From: Lachnoclostridium sp. UBA1308
GTDB taxonomy: Bacteria > Bacillota > Clostridia > Lachnospirales > Lachnospiraceae
Assembly (NCBI GenBank): GCA_002307215.1
Contig: DBTU01000028.1
Location: 10,331-74,330, forward strand
Direction of reading: 5' to 3'
DNA length: 64,000 nucleotides
How positions within the stretch are numbered: the stretch's first letter is position 1; every line of letters starts with the position of its first letter. The position numbers were made by a program, and so were the translations under genes. Shown in pieces: positions 43,114-53,878 of this stretch. The notes under the pieces are model-generated. The model was given only the letters and a program-made list of their open reading frames with translations, did not search any database and was not told where the DNA came from.

Positions 43114-43166
43114 CCTATTTGCAATATAAGTATTATATCCAATATTTGCCCCTATTGGCAATATAA
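43114..43166 (-). promoter_or_regulatory. promoter of the CorA-like/HEPN-V4R/asparaginase cassette with paired direct repeats
   Basis: TTGCCA-18-TATAAT (43132-43161); CCTATT(T/G)GCAATATAA at 43114 and 43151. Confidence 0.5.
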
Positions 43167-43238
43167 AAGTCAAAATAATACCGGAATAAATGAAATTCCT
43201 AAGAATTCTACTCATTCCGGCTAGTTTACAACTACTAT

Positions 43239-44708
43239 TTATATCATCTTATCATACATATCCTTTAAGGTAGGATAGAGCTGTTTGAACACCTCATATT
43301 TCTTATGATAGAGTGCAACAATTTCAGGCTCCTGCTCGGTAGTATCAACTACCTTAATCAGCTTATTGGTTGCTTCCTCAACAGAAGAATACTTACCGCA
43401 ACCTACCGCCGCTAATATTGCCGCACCAAATGCCGGTCCTTCGGTAGAATTAATCTTATCCACCTTAACATTAAGAATATTAGCAATCATTCTGCACCAC
43501 AACGGGCTTCTTGCACCACCGCCGTTAATTCTAATTCTCTCAATGGTTACACCGAGTGATTTCGTAATCTCAAAGGAATCACGAAGTGCGAAGGCTACGC
43601 CCTCTAGCATTGCCTGAGTCATATCAGAACGTGTGGTATCCATTGTCATTCCGATAAAGGTTGCTCTTGCATTCGGATTATTGTGAGGGGTTCTCTCTCC
43701 CATCAGATAGGGCAGGAAGTATACATTGTTTTCACCAAGCTTTGTAATTTCCTTCTCTTCCTTCGGATAATCCTTGGTTCCTATGATATCTGCCAACCAC
43801 CACTTATTGGAAGCGGCAGCGCTGAGCATAACGCCCATGAAATGATATTTGCCATCTGCGTGTGCAAAAGCATGAAGGGAATTATTTTTATCAACTGCAA
43901 ATTCTTTGGTAGAGATGAATACAACTCCTGAGGTTCCAAGAGAAACACTGCATTTACCTTCTCCGACGGTTCCTGTTCCAACCGCAGCAACTGCCTGATC
44001 ACCACCACCGGCGATAACCTTCGTACTAACACATAGGCCAAGTTCGTCTGCTGCTTGCTTCGTCAGATTTCCTACAACCTGATAGGACTCATGGATTTTC
44101 GCCATTTGTTCTTCCTTTAGACCACAGATATCAAGCATTTCCTTGGACCAACATTTATTCTTCACATCAAACAGCAGCATACCGGAGGCATCGGATACAT
44201 CGGTACAGTGAATACCTGACAGCTTATAAGCAATGTAATCCTTAGGAAGCATAACCTTCTTAATCTTTGCAAAATTCTCCGGTTCATGCTTTCTTACCCA
44301 TAACAACTTCGGAGCAGTAAAACCGGTTAACGCCATATTGGCTGTATAGCCGGAGATTATCTCCCTGCCGATTTCATGATTCAAATAATTACATTCCGCC
44401 TGAGTACGACCATCATTCCAAAGAATTGCCGGACGAATAACCTTATCGTTTTCATCAAGAATTACCATGCCATGCATCTGTCCGCTGAAGCTGATTCCAT
44501 CGATCTGGGATTTATCATTATCCTTCACTAATTCCTTTATACCATCAATCAGGGCAGTATACCAATCCTCCGGGTTTTGTTCCGACCAGCCCGGCTTAGG
44601 AAAGAATAACGGATACTCCCTCGTTACTATACTTTTTATATCTCCCGCTTCATCCATTAACAGAAGCTTTACGGAAGAGGTTCCTAAATCAACACCTACA
44701 TATAACAT
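43239..44708 (-). CDS. xylB: xylulokinase
   Basis: GVDLGTSS, SGQMHG, AILWNDGR, LPYLMGERTP; divergent ROK repressor. Confidence 0.93.
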   Translation of the reverse strand: MLYVGVDLGTSSVKLLLMDEAGDIKSIVTREYPLFFPKPGWSEQNPEDWYTALIDGIKELVKDNDKSQIDGISFSGQMHGMVILDENDKVIRPAILWNDGRTQAECNYLNHEIGREIISGYTANMALTGFTAPKLLWVRKHEPENFAKIKKVMLPKDYIAYKLSGIHCTDVSDASGMLLFDVKNKCWSKEMLDICGLKEEQMAKIHESYQVVGNLTKQAADELGLCVSTKVIAGGGDQAVAAVGTGTVGEGKCSVSLGTSGVVFISTKEFAVDKNNSLHAFAHADGKYHFMGVMLSAAASNKWWLADIIGTKDYPKEEKEITKLGENNVYFLPYLMGERTPHNNPNARATFIGMTMDTTRSDMTQAMLEGVAFALRDSFEITKSLGVTIERIRINGGGARSPLWCRMIANILNVKVDKINSTEGPAFGAAILAAVGCGKYSSVEEATNKLIKVVDTTEQEPEIVALYHKKYEVFKQLYPTLKDMYDKMI

Positions 44709-44986
44709 AATGTATACTCCTTTTATAATTGATTTGATGAATAAACTATATTCAAAAATAATATAGCAATTCTACCTATTTATGTCAAGGGATATTAGTG
44801 ATTTAAGGTCTGTAAATGTTACAATTCAGCCTCGCAAGGATCGCAACAAGACCTGGAAAGAAATGCTTCCCTATAGGAGCCGATTTCGCTAAGTTGAATT
44901 GCTGAACGTTAATCCTTTCTCAAATATTTATACTATCCAAAAAATATAATATATGGTAACATAATATAAATTATAATTCATAAAGG

Positions 44987-46156
44987 GTGGCTATTATGGT
45001 GACGGGGAGCAAAGAACTAATCCGTGATATTAATACGAAGTTGGTATTGGAAACAATAATCAACCATATTTCAATATCAAGGGCAGCAATTGCAAAGTAT
45101 GTGGGGCTGACCAAGGCAACAATATCGGCTATTGTCCAGGAGTTAATCAACAAAAAACTGGTGGTTGAAATAGGAAGCGATGATACCAACTTAGGAAGAA
45201 AACCAATTCTACTCAGTTTAAATAAAAAGGCCGGATATGTTATCTGCGTCGATATCGGAGTAGATACTACAACTGTGCTTCTTTCTGATTTAATCGGGGA
45301 GGACTGCCGCTTAAAGCAGATCAAAACAACAAAAAACACTTCGAATTGTGTTGATATACTGATTCAATTAATTGAATCCATGCAGCTTCCAAAGGATACG
45401 CCTTATGGTATGGTAGGAATAACCCTTGGTATTCATGGCGTAATTACAAATAATCAAGTTTCCTTTGCTCCCTACTATAATTTAACGGGGCTTCATCTTG
45501 CAGAGCGTCTGGAGCAGCACTTTTGTGCGCCTGTATTTCTGGAAAACGAAGCTAATCTATCAGTAATCGGTGAAAATACATTTCAATATGATTATGCTAA
45601 TATAGCTAATGTCAGTATTCATTCCGGAGTTGGTTTAGGTATTATAATTAACCGACAGCTGTATACCGGATATAATGGAAGAGCCGGTGAATTCGGACAT
45701 ACCATCATTGAGATTGACGGCAGACAGTGCCCTTGTGGCAACCTAGGCTGCCTGGAACAGTATGTTTCAGAAAGGACATTGCTTCAGGAATTTTCGAAGC
45801 TTAAGAATTCACAGGACCTTAGCTTTGATACGTTCCGGGTTGCCTATGAAGCCAATGATCCGGATGCAATTAAGATAATGGAAGATTTTATTAAATATAT
45901 GTCCCTAGGTGTCAATAATATATTAAATGCTTATAATCCTGATATCGTAATTATCAATAGCTCCTTCACCATTTTCTTTCCCGATATCTTGAAACGGATT
46001 GAAGCGGCATTATCAAGCCGAATGAACAGTTATGTTCGTATTGTTCCCTCCGTTCTTCAAGATACCTCCATTCTTCTCGGCGGAATCTGTGTCGCAATAA
46101 AGAACTTCCTTGGTATTGAACTGCTAAAACTGAATCCTATCTCTATTCGTAAGTAG
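44987..46156 (+). CDS. xylR: ROK family repressor (XylR-like)
   Basis: N-terminal HTH + GRKP, ENEAN, AGEFGH, CPCGNLGCLE. Confidence 0.8.
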   Translation: MAIMVTGSKELIRDINTKLVLETIINHISISRAAIAKYVGLTKATISAIVQELINKKLVVEIGSDDTNLGRKPILLSLNKKAGYVICVDIGVDTTTVLLSDLIGEDCRLKQIKTTKNTSNCVDILIQLIESMQLPKDTPYGMVGITLGIHGVITNNQVSFAPYYNLTGLHLAERLEQHFCAPVFLENEANLSVIGENTFQYDYANIANVSIHSGVGLGIIINRQLYTGYNGRAGEFGHTIIEIDGRQCPCGNLGCLEQYVSERTLLQEFSKLKNSQDLSFDTFRVAYEANDPDAIKIMEDFIKYMSLGVNNILNAYNPDIVIINSSFTIFFPDILKRIEAALSSRMNSYVRIVPSVLQDTSILLGGICVAIKNFLGIELLKLNPISIRK

Positions 46157-46161
46157 AGATA

Positions 46162-46265
46162 GTTGCAAATATCTTAAAAACATAAGAGGCTTCACGTATT
46201 CCGCTCAGCCATTGCAGGAGTGAAGTATGTGAAGCCTCTTGTATTTTTATAAGCAATTTTGCAAC
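46162..46265. repeat. long imperfect inverted repeat between convergent genes
   Basis: GTTGCAAA...AAGAGGCTTCAC / GTGAAGCCTCTT...TTTGCAAC. Confidence 0.7.
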
Positions 46266-46293
46266 AGTTTTTAACAAAATCTTTGTATAGCCT

Positions 46294-46497
46294 CTAATTT
46301 TCTTTTTTAATTGATTCTCTCTTTCTTTTCGTCATGATCCCACCGATACGGCCGGATTCCTTGGCCGTGAGTGACTTCCATCCGGTTGCCATAACCTTAT
46401 CCAGATACCCCAGCTCACTTGCAATCTCATATTTCACCTCTTCCTCCGGTTTAATATGCTCCAAATCTACTTTTTGTTCCTTCTTTACACCTGCCAT
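46294..46497 (-). CDS. small acid-soluble spore protein, alpha/beta type
   Basis: KYEIASELG...LTAKESGRIGG. Confidence 0.88.
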   Translation of the reverse strand: MAGVKKEQKVDLEHIKPEEEVKYEIASELGYLDKVMATGWKSLTAKESGRIGGIMTKRKRESIKKEN

Positions 46498-46565
46498 GAC
46501 ACACCTCATAATAATTTTACTGTTTAGCCATCCCTTGTAAATCAGTATTCTTTTTTGAGTGTTCC

Positions 46566-49500
46566 CTAATTAGGTGAATCTATACGGATTTCTTTCCCTA
46601 AAGGAAGTGAATAAATGATCATCTCCTTGACCCTTTTCTTTAATATCTGTTCAAGTGCTTTGCAGTAATATTCCAGCTGAACCTTATAGCGCTTTATTAA
46701 CTGTTCTTCCTCTGTCACCAGATCGGATTTGTAATCTAGCAAAACTAATTCTCCCTCCTCTTCAAAGAAAACATCAATAATACCTTGAACAAGAATGAGC
46801 TCCTCACTGTTGATATCAGGCAGAACTTCAGATGCCTTCAGTCCCATAACAAATTGCTTTTCTTTATGTAACTGATTGGCATATGCTGCCTGTCTCATGC
46901 GCTCTGCTACATCACTGGATATAAATCTATTTATATAATCATAATTCAACTTTTCTAAATCACTTTCTTTGATAAAACTTTCCTGAACCATCCTCCTAAG
47001 TTCCGGCATTAAGCCGCTGCTGTCCTTTACCCGACTTAAATCCAGCAGTTCAAGAACCTTATGATAAAGGGTACCTCGATCCGTACCCAAAAGTATCTCA
47101 TCTTTCCGGTTGATAAAATTCGGAACCGTAACACTAAGTTCCGGCGAGGGAACTTGATCTTTTGTTTTCTTTGCTGTTTCTGATATCAAATTCATACTCA
47201 GTTCTTCCGGTTCATACTGCCCCAGCTTCTTTAATTCAGAAACAGTCATCTTAACCTTCAGACCAGCCTCATTTATAAAAGGATATTCATAATTAAATCT
47301 ATTTTCAATTTTCTCTTTCATGCCTTGGTCATAAATTATCTCAGGATCAATACGAAGTAACTCTTCCGTGTCTTTATGGATAAAAATCTGTCTGGTAACC
47401 TCCTGTGACAACAACTTCTCCATCGGAACAACCGTTATCGATTTATTCCCGATTTTATTAACCGTAGCCGGTAGGATCCAATCCATATAGCTTCTGGCAG
47501 ACATTATCTCAAAAAAGGAAAAATCCCCGCCTTTGATATCCTCTAACGATTTCAGATAGCCGGATAGGATTAGCTTTTCTTTTGCTCTGGTCATCGCTAC
47601 ATATAATACACGTAGCTCTTCACCCATATTCTCAATCTGTACCTTCCTTTGAATTACCTTCTTCATCAGCGTAGGAACTTTAGTCCTCTTTTTATTATCA
47701 ATATACTCCGGACCGGCTCCCAGTTCATTATGTAAAACAATACTGTTCCTAATATCCTGCATATTAAACTGTTTACTCATACCCGCGACAAATACAACCG
47801 GAAACTCCAAGCCCTTGCTTTTATGAATGCTCATAATCCGAACCGTATCATCTTGCTCTCCCGTTGCAGAAGCTTCTCCAAAATCCACTTCATAACGATT
47901 CAACTTTTCAATATACCTTATAAAATGGAAGAGTCTGCTGTAACTGCCTTTTTCAAATCGAACGGCTTGTGATATTAACATGTCTAAGTTTGCTTTGCGC
48001 CGTTCTCCTCCCGGCATGGCACTGACATAATAGTAATAGCCTGTCTGATCAAACACTGTCTGAATTATTTCATGAATCGGCTTATGATTTACCATAGAAC
48101 GAAAGCTTTCCAGTGTTTCACTAAAGCGTAGCAACTTCTCACGAAGCTGCTCATTACTGCCTTCTTTTGCATATTTTTGCAGGGCAAGATACATACTTGT
48201 ATTTCTGGAAAATGCCCTCACGAACGCCAACTCGGTCGATGTCACACCAACAATAGGCGAATAAAGCACACCTGTTAACGGAATATCTTGTCTGGGATTA
48301 TCAATGATGCGAAGCATATTGAGAATGGTCATAATCTCGAGTGTCTGAAAATATCCTGTTCCCGTATCTGCATAAGCAGGAATGCCCTCCTGCATCAAGG
48401 TATTCACAAATACCTCGGACCAGCCTGACATACTTCTTAGCAATATAACAATGTCCTTATAAGTAGCCGGCTTGTGTAGCATCTTCTTCCGGTCAAATAC
48501 CAGCATACCGGTAGTTGGATCGGTCAATTCTCTTATCTTATGTGCAATTGCTCTAGCTTCAAGCTCCTTCTTTGTATATACAGCTTCCTCCGAATCCTCC
48601 TTAGAAGATACTTCTGATATCTCACTCATTTGCTGATCCGGGAGGTTTTCATTCGTAACAAGTAATAATTCGATTTCAGAGCCAATACGGCTTTTTATCT
48701 CCTCCGAAATGATTTCTCCACCGTCTGAATTCGTCAATATCTCCTCGAATAATTCGCCGTACTTTAGGGACGCTGCCTCGTCGTATTCCACCCCACCCAC
48801 TGACTTATGCATAAGCTGCTCAAATATCATATTGACATAATCAAGAACAAACGCACGGCTTCTGAAATTCCTATCAAGGTCAATTCTCTGATGTTGATTG
48901 ATTTGTCCGTCCGCTGTGCATTCTTCGCAGGAATATTTCTCGTATTTCTCCATAAAGATTTCAGGCATAGCCAGTCTGAATTTATAGATGCTCTGTTTCA
49001 CATCTCCTACCATAAACCGATTCGGAGTGCCCATTGCCTCTCTGGATATATTATGTAGGATTGTCTCTTGAACCATATTACTGTCCTGATACTCGTCAAT
49101 CAGAATCTCTTCATATTGCTCGCTAAGTTCAAGGGCCGCATTCGTTGGAATTATTTGTTGATCCTGTCTTTTTACCAGAATTTCTAAGGCGAAGTGCTCA
49201 AGATCATTAAAATCAATTAAGTTCTTCTCTTCCTTCTTTTTTGCGAATTCTTGCATGAATTCCAATGTAAGCTGAAACAAAATCTTCATAACCCTACCGA
49301 CAGCATTCATATCCGCAAGCATCTCCTCGGGCGGTTGAAAGAAAAACTGGTTTTCTATATCCTTAATCCCCTTTTTAACCTCTTCCCGTAGCTCTTTTAC
49401 TTTATCCTTTTTCCATTGCAAAACTCCCTCTTCCTTTTTCGAGGATAACCGCTCAAAACTGATTTTGGAAAAACGCTCTGCATATTCCTCGTAGTTGCCC

Positions 49501-50294
49501 TCTTTCCTTAATGCCTCCAGTAAATTGCGGTCGGATAACAGAGCCTGTGTATAGGCAGAAGGCCCCCCCGCTTCCTCACAGATCCCAAGAGCCTTATCCG
49601 TCTTTCTATATAAATCGCCAAGTACAATATCAATATAACCCAGAAGTTCCCTCATCCATTGTGTCCCGGACATCTCATCCACGGACGTCAGTTCATACAT
49701 CCTAATCTTATCTTCAATCCAGCTCTTTGGCCAAGGTGCACTCATTGAGAAGCTGTATAGCTGTAGAATCAACTCTTCCACCGGCGCATCCGATTTTGAA
49801 TAAGAATAGCTTTCAATAAAGTCGTGAAAATCTTCACTGCCGTCCTCATACCAGCGTTCCAAAAGATCCGAAATAACATCGGACTTCATTAGTGTAATCT
49901 CTGATTCCTCCGCGATCTTAAAGGAAGGATCCAGATCAATCGAATGAAAATAATTGCGGATAACATTTAGACAGAAGCTGTGAATCGTGGTGATCTGTGC
50001 ACTTTGCAAAAGGGACAGCTGTTTCTGAAGGTGAAGATTACCCGGTTGCTCCATAAGCTTTCGGTCAATTGCTTCTCCGATACGAGAACGCATCTCCGCT
50101 GCTGCGACGTTAGTAAATGTCACCACCAGTAAATGATCGATATCCATCGGGTGCTCACCCTCAACAATCATAGAAATAATACGTTCCACAAGAACAGCAG
50201 TCTTTCCCGATCCTGCTGCCGCGGAAACAAGTAAATTCTTATTCCTCGTATCAATTACCATTTGCTGTGCTTTTGTCCAAGCCACGATTCTCAC
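46566..50294 (-). CDS. addA: helicase-nuclease subunit AddA
   Basis: AAAGSGKT, IDEYQD, VGDVKQSIYKFR, SIHKSKGLEF, YVAMTRA, GIID..LDYKSD. Confidence 0.96.
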   Translation of the reverse strand: MRIVAWTKAQQMVIDTRNKNLLVSAAAGSGKTAVLVERIISMIVEGEHPMDIDHLLVVTFTNVAAAEMRSRIGEAIDRKLMEQPGNLHLQKQLSLLQSAQITTIHSFCLNVIRNYFHSIDLDPSFKIAEESEITLMKSDVISDLLERWYEDGSEDFHDFIESYSYSKSDAPVEELILQLYSFSMSAPWPKSWIEDKIRMYELTSVDEMSGTQWMRELLGYIDIVLGDLYRKTDKALGICEEAGGPSAYTQALLSDRNLLEALRKEGNYEEYAERFSKISFERLSSKKEEGVLQWKKDKVKELREEVKKGIKDIENQFFFQPPEEMLADMNAVGRVMKILFQLTLEFMQEFAKKKEEKNLIDFNDLEHFALEILVKRQDQQIIPTNAALELSEQYEEILIDEYQDSNMVQETILHNISREAMGTPNRFMVGDVKQSIYKFRLAMPEIFMEKYEKYSCEECTADGQINQHQRIDLDRNFRSRAFVLDYVNMIFEQLMHKSVGGVEYDEAASLKYGELFEEILTNSDGGEIISEEIKSRIGSEIELLLVTNENLPDQQMSEISEVSSKEDSEEAVYTKKELEARAIAHKIRELTDPTTGMLVFDRKKMLHKPATYKDIVILLRSMSGWSEVFVNTLMQEGIPAYADTGTGYFQTLEIMTILNMLRIIDNPRQDIPLTGVLYSPIVGVTSTELAFVRAFSRNTSMYLALQKYAKEGSNEQLREKLLRFSETLESFRSMVNHKPIHEIIQTVFDQTGYYYYVSAMPGGERRKANLDMLISQAVRFEKGSYSRLFHFIRYIEKLNRYEVDFGEASATGEQDDTVRIMSIHKSKGLEFPVVFVAGMSKQFNMQDIRNSIVLHNELGAGPEYIDNKKRTKVPTLMKKVIQRKVQIENMGEELRVLYVAMTRAKEKLILSGYLKSLEDIKGGDFSFFEIMSARSYMDWILPATVNKIGNKSITVVPMEKLLSQEVTRQIFIHKDTEELLRIDPEIIYDQGMKEKIENRFNYEYPFINEAGLKVKMTVSELKKLGQYEPEELSMNLISETAKKTKDQVPSPELSVTVPNFINRKDEILLGTDRGTLYHKVLELLDLSRVKDSSGLMPELRRMVQESFIKESDLEKLNYDYINRFISSDVAERMRQAAYANQLHKEKQFVMGLKASEVLPDINSEELILVQGIIDVFFEEEGELVLLDYKSDLVTEEEQLIKRYKVQLEYYCKALEQILKKRVKEMIIYSLPLGKEIRIDSPN

Positions 50295-50385
50295 CTCACT
50301 ATACCTTTTATTAAACCCGGAAGAAGTTCAGAATGAAATTCCAATGGATTTCATTCTGCAGTTCTTCCCAAGTGAATTGTGCCTT

Positions 50386-53300
50386 TTACAATTCACTTGG
50401 TTTCCAGATTTCAGCCTTTATCTCCTCGACCGGCTTTTTAGCCAGATTCCGGTAGTTAAACCCTGGCAGCCTCAGGTCAAAGCCGCAGGCACTTTTATAA
50501 TCACAATAGGTACAGGCGATCTCTTCACCGATACGGTACGGATTTAGTCTTGTGTCTCCGTCAAGTATCTGCTTGTTATCCTCTGTCAACTTCCGGTTAA
50601 CATAATCTGTCATAGCCTTTATCTGCTTTCCTCCGGCTGCGGCTGACCGCTTGGTTAATTCGCCATCCTTATTTGTCTCTGCCGGAATAATATCTGACTT
50701 CACTGATACTGACAGCTTCATATCCGGACCCGCAAGTTTAGAGTCCATAAGGGCTAATACCTGCTTGTCATCATTGACCAATCCGTTCATCCGAAGACTT
50801 TTGTAGATATCCTCTTCTGACTGATCTGATTTCGCTACGATGGGATCATCGATATGATAATAAAATATCCCTGCCGGAATAATTTCCTTCTCCGGTCGTC
50901 CGGCCTGTACATAATCCATGGCGGCGCTTAAATAGATAGAGAGTTGCTGTTGCAGTCCATAATATACCTTCCCAATATCAAAGAAGGTATTGCCTGACTT
51001 ATAATCAATGACACGGACATAAACCTTATCCTCTGTCTCATAAAGATCAAGACGGTCAATTCGTCCTCGCAACGACAAGGTTTCATTTAAAATATGATGA
51101 AAGGGCATCTCATAGCCAGCCGGTTCAAAGGCCCCTTGCTTAATCTGATTGCATAAAGCCCACAGGGTCCTTACTGTTATCCGTTCAATACGTTTAATCA
51201 GATACTCACTGCGTTTTGTACTCATCAAGAAGGAATTTTCATACTCCTCCACCGCATGTCCTACACTTTCAATGGCCCATTCCTCTCGAACCTCATCCGG
51301 AATTGTATGCCAGGTATAGTCTTCGGTATCGAGTCGTTTGGAGAAATGGTCAATCGCATTATGAAAAATATTACCGATATCAGGAATCGCAAGCTTATAT
51401 TCCTGGCGTTCTTCCAGGCTAAGCCCGTAAGACATAAAATGAGAAAAGGCACAGCCCGCATAGCGTTCCAGCCGTGTTACACTCCCCTTAAGTTCCATCG
51501 AATACAGGAGCATCGCAGCCTCCTTCGAGATCCCTTTTTCCAAATTAATATAGAAAGCGCCTCTGACAAGTTGCTCCAGTATGCGATTTTTATCCTGATC
51601 CAGATGGTAGTGCAGATAAAGTTCCTTGAAAAGATCCGACATGTCCTTCTTATGATAATTACGGAGACCCTCAGCTAAAAATGAAATTCCCTCATCCGTC
51701 AGAATCTGTTCCAACTCATCAGTGCTTTCCTCCTCCCGAACTTTAAGTAGCGGAAACAACTGCTTTAGCTTCCCAATTAAAAAGGAGGGATTTACCGACT
51801 TACCCTCTGCATTTACCTTATGATATGTGATATAAAGCCTATGACTCGGCTTTGTTATATTCAGATAGATATAAAATTGCTCCTGATACGCCTGCTGCCG
51901 TTTCGTCGGGGCAATTTCAATATCGTTATTAATTAACAATTCTCGTTCCATATCTGAGAGGATTCCGCCGCTTCCGATTGCCTTTGGAATTAATCCCTCA
52001 TTTACCCCGAGGAAAAAGAGTGCCTTGATGTTCTTTAATCTCGTTCTCTCGGTATCACCAACAACAACCTCATCCACACCGGGCGGAATCAGTCCGACTT
52101 TAACCTCCATAAATCCGGTTTCTAATATTTCACAAAATTCCTTCAGGCTACAATTTTCATCCCCGAGTAACAGCACCATCTGATCATATAGTTCCATGAC
52201 TATACGGTAAACTTGCTCATACTCCTTAGCAACCAAGGGTTGTTCCTCCGTAAAGCAAGTGCGATAATTTTCCAACTTCTGTTCAATACCTAAACGCAAT
52301 CCAAGATCATAAAGTGCTGCTGTATAATCCCTAAGCGTCTTCTTTTTATCTTTTAGAACCTCATAAAGAGGTAGGATATCCGCCATGAATAAACTTCGGA
52401 TCTTATTTAAATGCTCTAGCGTTATGCCGTCTTTGTTCCTTATTCTCCTTACAAAGGGTTCTCTCCAACCTCTATACCCTCGGATTCCGGCTGCTATGAT
52501 ATAATTTTCCAAAAAGTCTATCTCTTCCTCAACTATGTCTGTCAGCCCGGTTCGTAAATAACGAAGTACTCCTTCATAGCTAAAATCTTCGCTGATTATG
52601 ACCAGTGCCGAGCGCAGAAGCTCTACATACGGATTACCGAGGATGTCTTTCTTATAGTCAATAAAGCAAGGAATCTGAGCCTTGGCAAAACTTCGTTTTG
52701 CAATTCGCCCGTATTCCTCAACATCACCCGATACCACTGCAATATCGTGATAACGATAACCCTCCTCCCTTACCAGCCTTTTAATCTCTCCGGCAACAAA
52801 GACAATCTCTGCCTCAGTATCTCTGGCTGTATATACGGATATATCTTTCTGCTCTTCTTCGTAAGCTTGATACGGGTAACGAAAAATGTTATGTTCCAGG
52901 GACGCTAATGACATGGATTTGTTAAACCGATAAGGCACACCGTTGTTGCCTGTCCCCACATAAATAGAAGGTTCTACTCGAACTCCGGTCTCTTCGGCTA
53001 TTTTAGTAAGCTTGTGAATTGTTTTCTTACTGAGACCAAATAACATGTATTCCTCATTGTCACTTATATTCTCTCTGACATCAATAGTAACAGTGACCAT
53101 AACCTTCTTGGCATTCGTCAGCATTTTCGCAAGGAGTTCATATTGGCAGGGAGTAAAACCGGTGAAGCCATCCAGACAGATGACCGAGTTTTTGAGCCAT
53201 TTTGATTGATCAATTACTTTATTTAATACCGTAAAGATTTCCTCTGCGGTGATATAACGTTCCTTCATAAAATCTTGAAAGCCTTCGTATACCGTTAGTA

Positions 53301-53775
53301 GATCTGTGAGCTTTGCGCTTAAGACAGGTTTCCCTGTGGCAATTTCCTGCATTTTCTGAATATCTTCCGGTTTTATATTATACTGATAAAATTCGGATAG
53401 AACTGATTTCAGTTCGCTTACAAATCCGGGCTTCTTTACATTCGTACCAAAAAGAATTAAATTCTTTCTCTTCTCTGCAACCACCTTGCGAAGTACCATA
53501 CTTTTACCTGTATCCTCAAGAACCGGTAAATCTCCACCTCCAACCTCGTCAAAGATACGGTAGGCAAAGCGCAGAAAACTAAGGATATCAACGTTCATGA
53601 CTCCGTGTTCCGGATGCATGGTAACAATATCCTTCTGCGTCTGCAATGTGAATTGTTCCGGCACAATGACCAGATAATCTGTATCAGGATTTTCCTTCGA
53701 CTGCTTTATTACCTCTTGGTATAATTGATAAGATTTGCCCGCTCCGGCACTTCCGGAAAATATTTGTAAGGACAT
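50386..53775 (-). CDS. addB: helicase-nuclease subunit AddB
   Basis: GSAGAGKS, VPEQFT, DGFTGFT, GRIDRLD..IDYKSG, Fe-S cysteines CTYCDYKSAC. Confidence 0.95.
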   Translation of the reverse strand: MSLQIFSGSAGAGKSYQLYQEVIKQSKENPDTDYLVIVPEQFTLQTQKDIVTMHPEHGVMNVDILSFLRFAYRIFDEVGGGDLPVLEDTGKSMVLRKVVAEKRKNLILFGTNVKKPGFVSELKSVLSEFYQYNIKPEDIQKMQEIATGKPVLSAKLTDLLTVYEGFQDFMKERYITAEEIFTVLNKVIDQSKWLKNSVICLDGFTGFTPCQYELLAKMLTNAKKVMVTVTIDVRENISDNEEYMLFGLSKKTIHKLTKIAEETGVRVEPSIYVGTGNNGVPYRFNKSMSLASLEHNIFRYPYQAYEEEQKDISVYTARDTEAEIVFVAGEIKRLVREEGYRYHDIAVVSGDVEEYGRIAKRSFAKAQIPCFIDYKKDILGNPYVELLRSALVIISEDFSYEGVLRYLRTGLTDIVEEEIDFLENYIIAAGIRGYRGWREPFVRRIRNKDGITLEHLNKIRSLFMADILPLYEVLKDKKKTLRDYTAALYDLGLRLGIEQKLENYRTCFTEEQPLVAKEYEQVYRIVMELYDQMVLLLGDENCSLKEFCEILETGFMEVKVGLIPPGVDEVVVGDTERTRLKNIKALFFLGVNEGLIPKAIGSGGILSDMERELLINNDIEIAPTKRQQAYQEQFYIYLNITKPSHRLYITYHKVNAEGKSVNPSFLIGKLKQLFPLLKVREEESTDELEQILTDEGISFLAEGLRNYHKKDMSDLFKELYLHYHLDQDKNRILEQLVRGAFYINLEKGISKEAAMLLYSMELKGSVTRLERYAGCAFSHFMSYGLSLEERQEYKLAIPDIGNIFHNAIDHFSKRLDTEDYTWHTIPDEVREEWAIESVGHAVEEYENSFLMSTKRSEYLIKRIERITVRTLWALCNQIKQGAFEPAGYEMPFHHILNETLSLRGRIDRLDLYETEDKVYVRVIDYKSGNTFFDIGKVYYGLQQQLSIYLSAAMDYVQAGRPEKEIIPAGIFYYHIDDPIVAKSDQSEEDIYKSLRMNGLVNDDKQVLALMDSKLAGPDMKLSVSVKSDIIPAETNKDGELTKRSAAAGGKQIKAMTDYVNRKLTEDNKQILDGDTRLNPYRIGEEIACTYCDYKSACGFDLRLPGFNYRNLAKKPVEEIKAEIWKPSEL

Positions 53776-53878
53776 AAAATATCCCTCCACTTTGGAATTT
53801 CTCTGCATAATTTATTCTTAAGACTAATAATATATATTAAAACAAGACATGAAGCGTAAAATGCTTCGGAGGATAGAG

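Noticed and set aside
44729-44750. XylR operator upstream of xylB
   Set aside because: Only a weak dyad (AGTTTATT...AAATCAAT); plausible by context but not well enough supported to list
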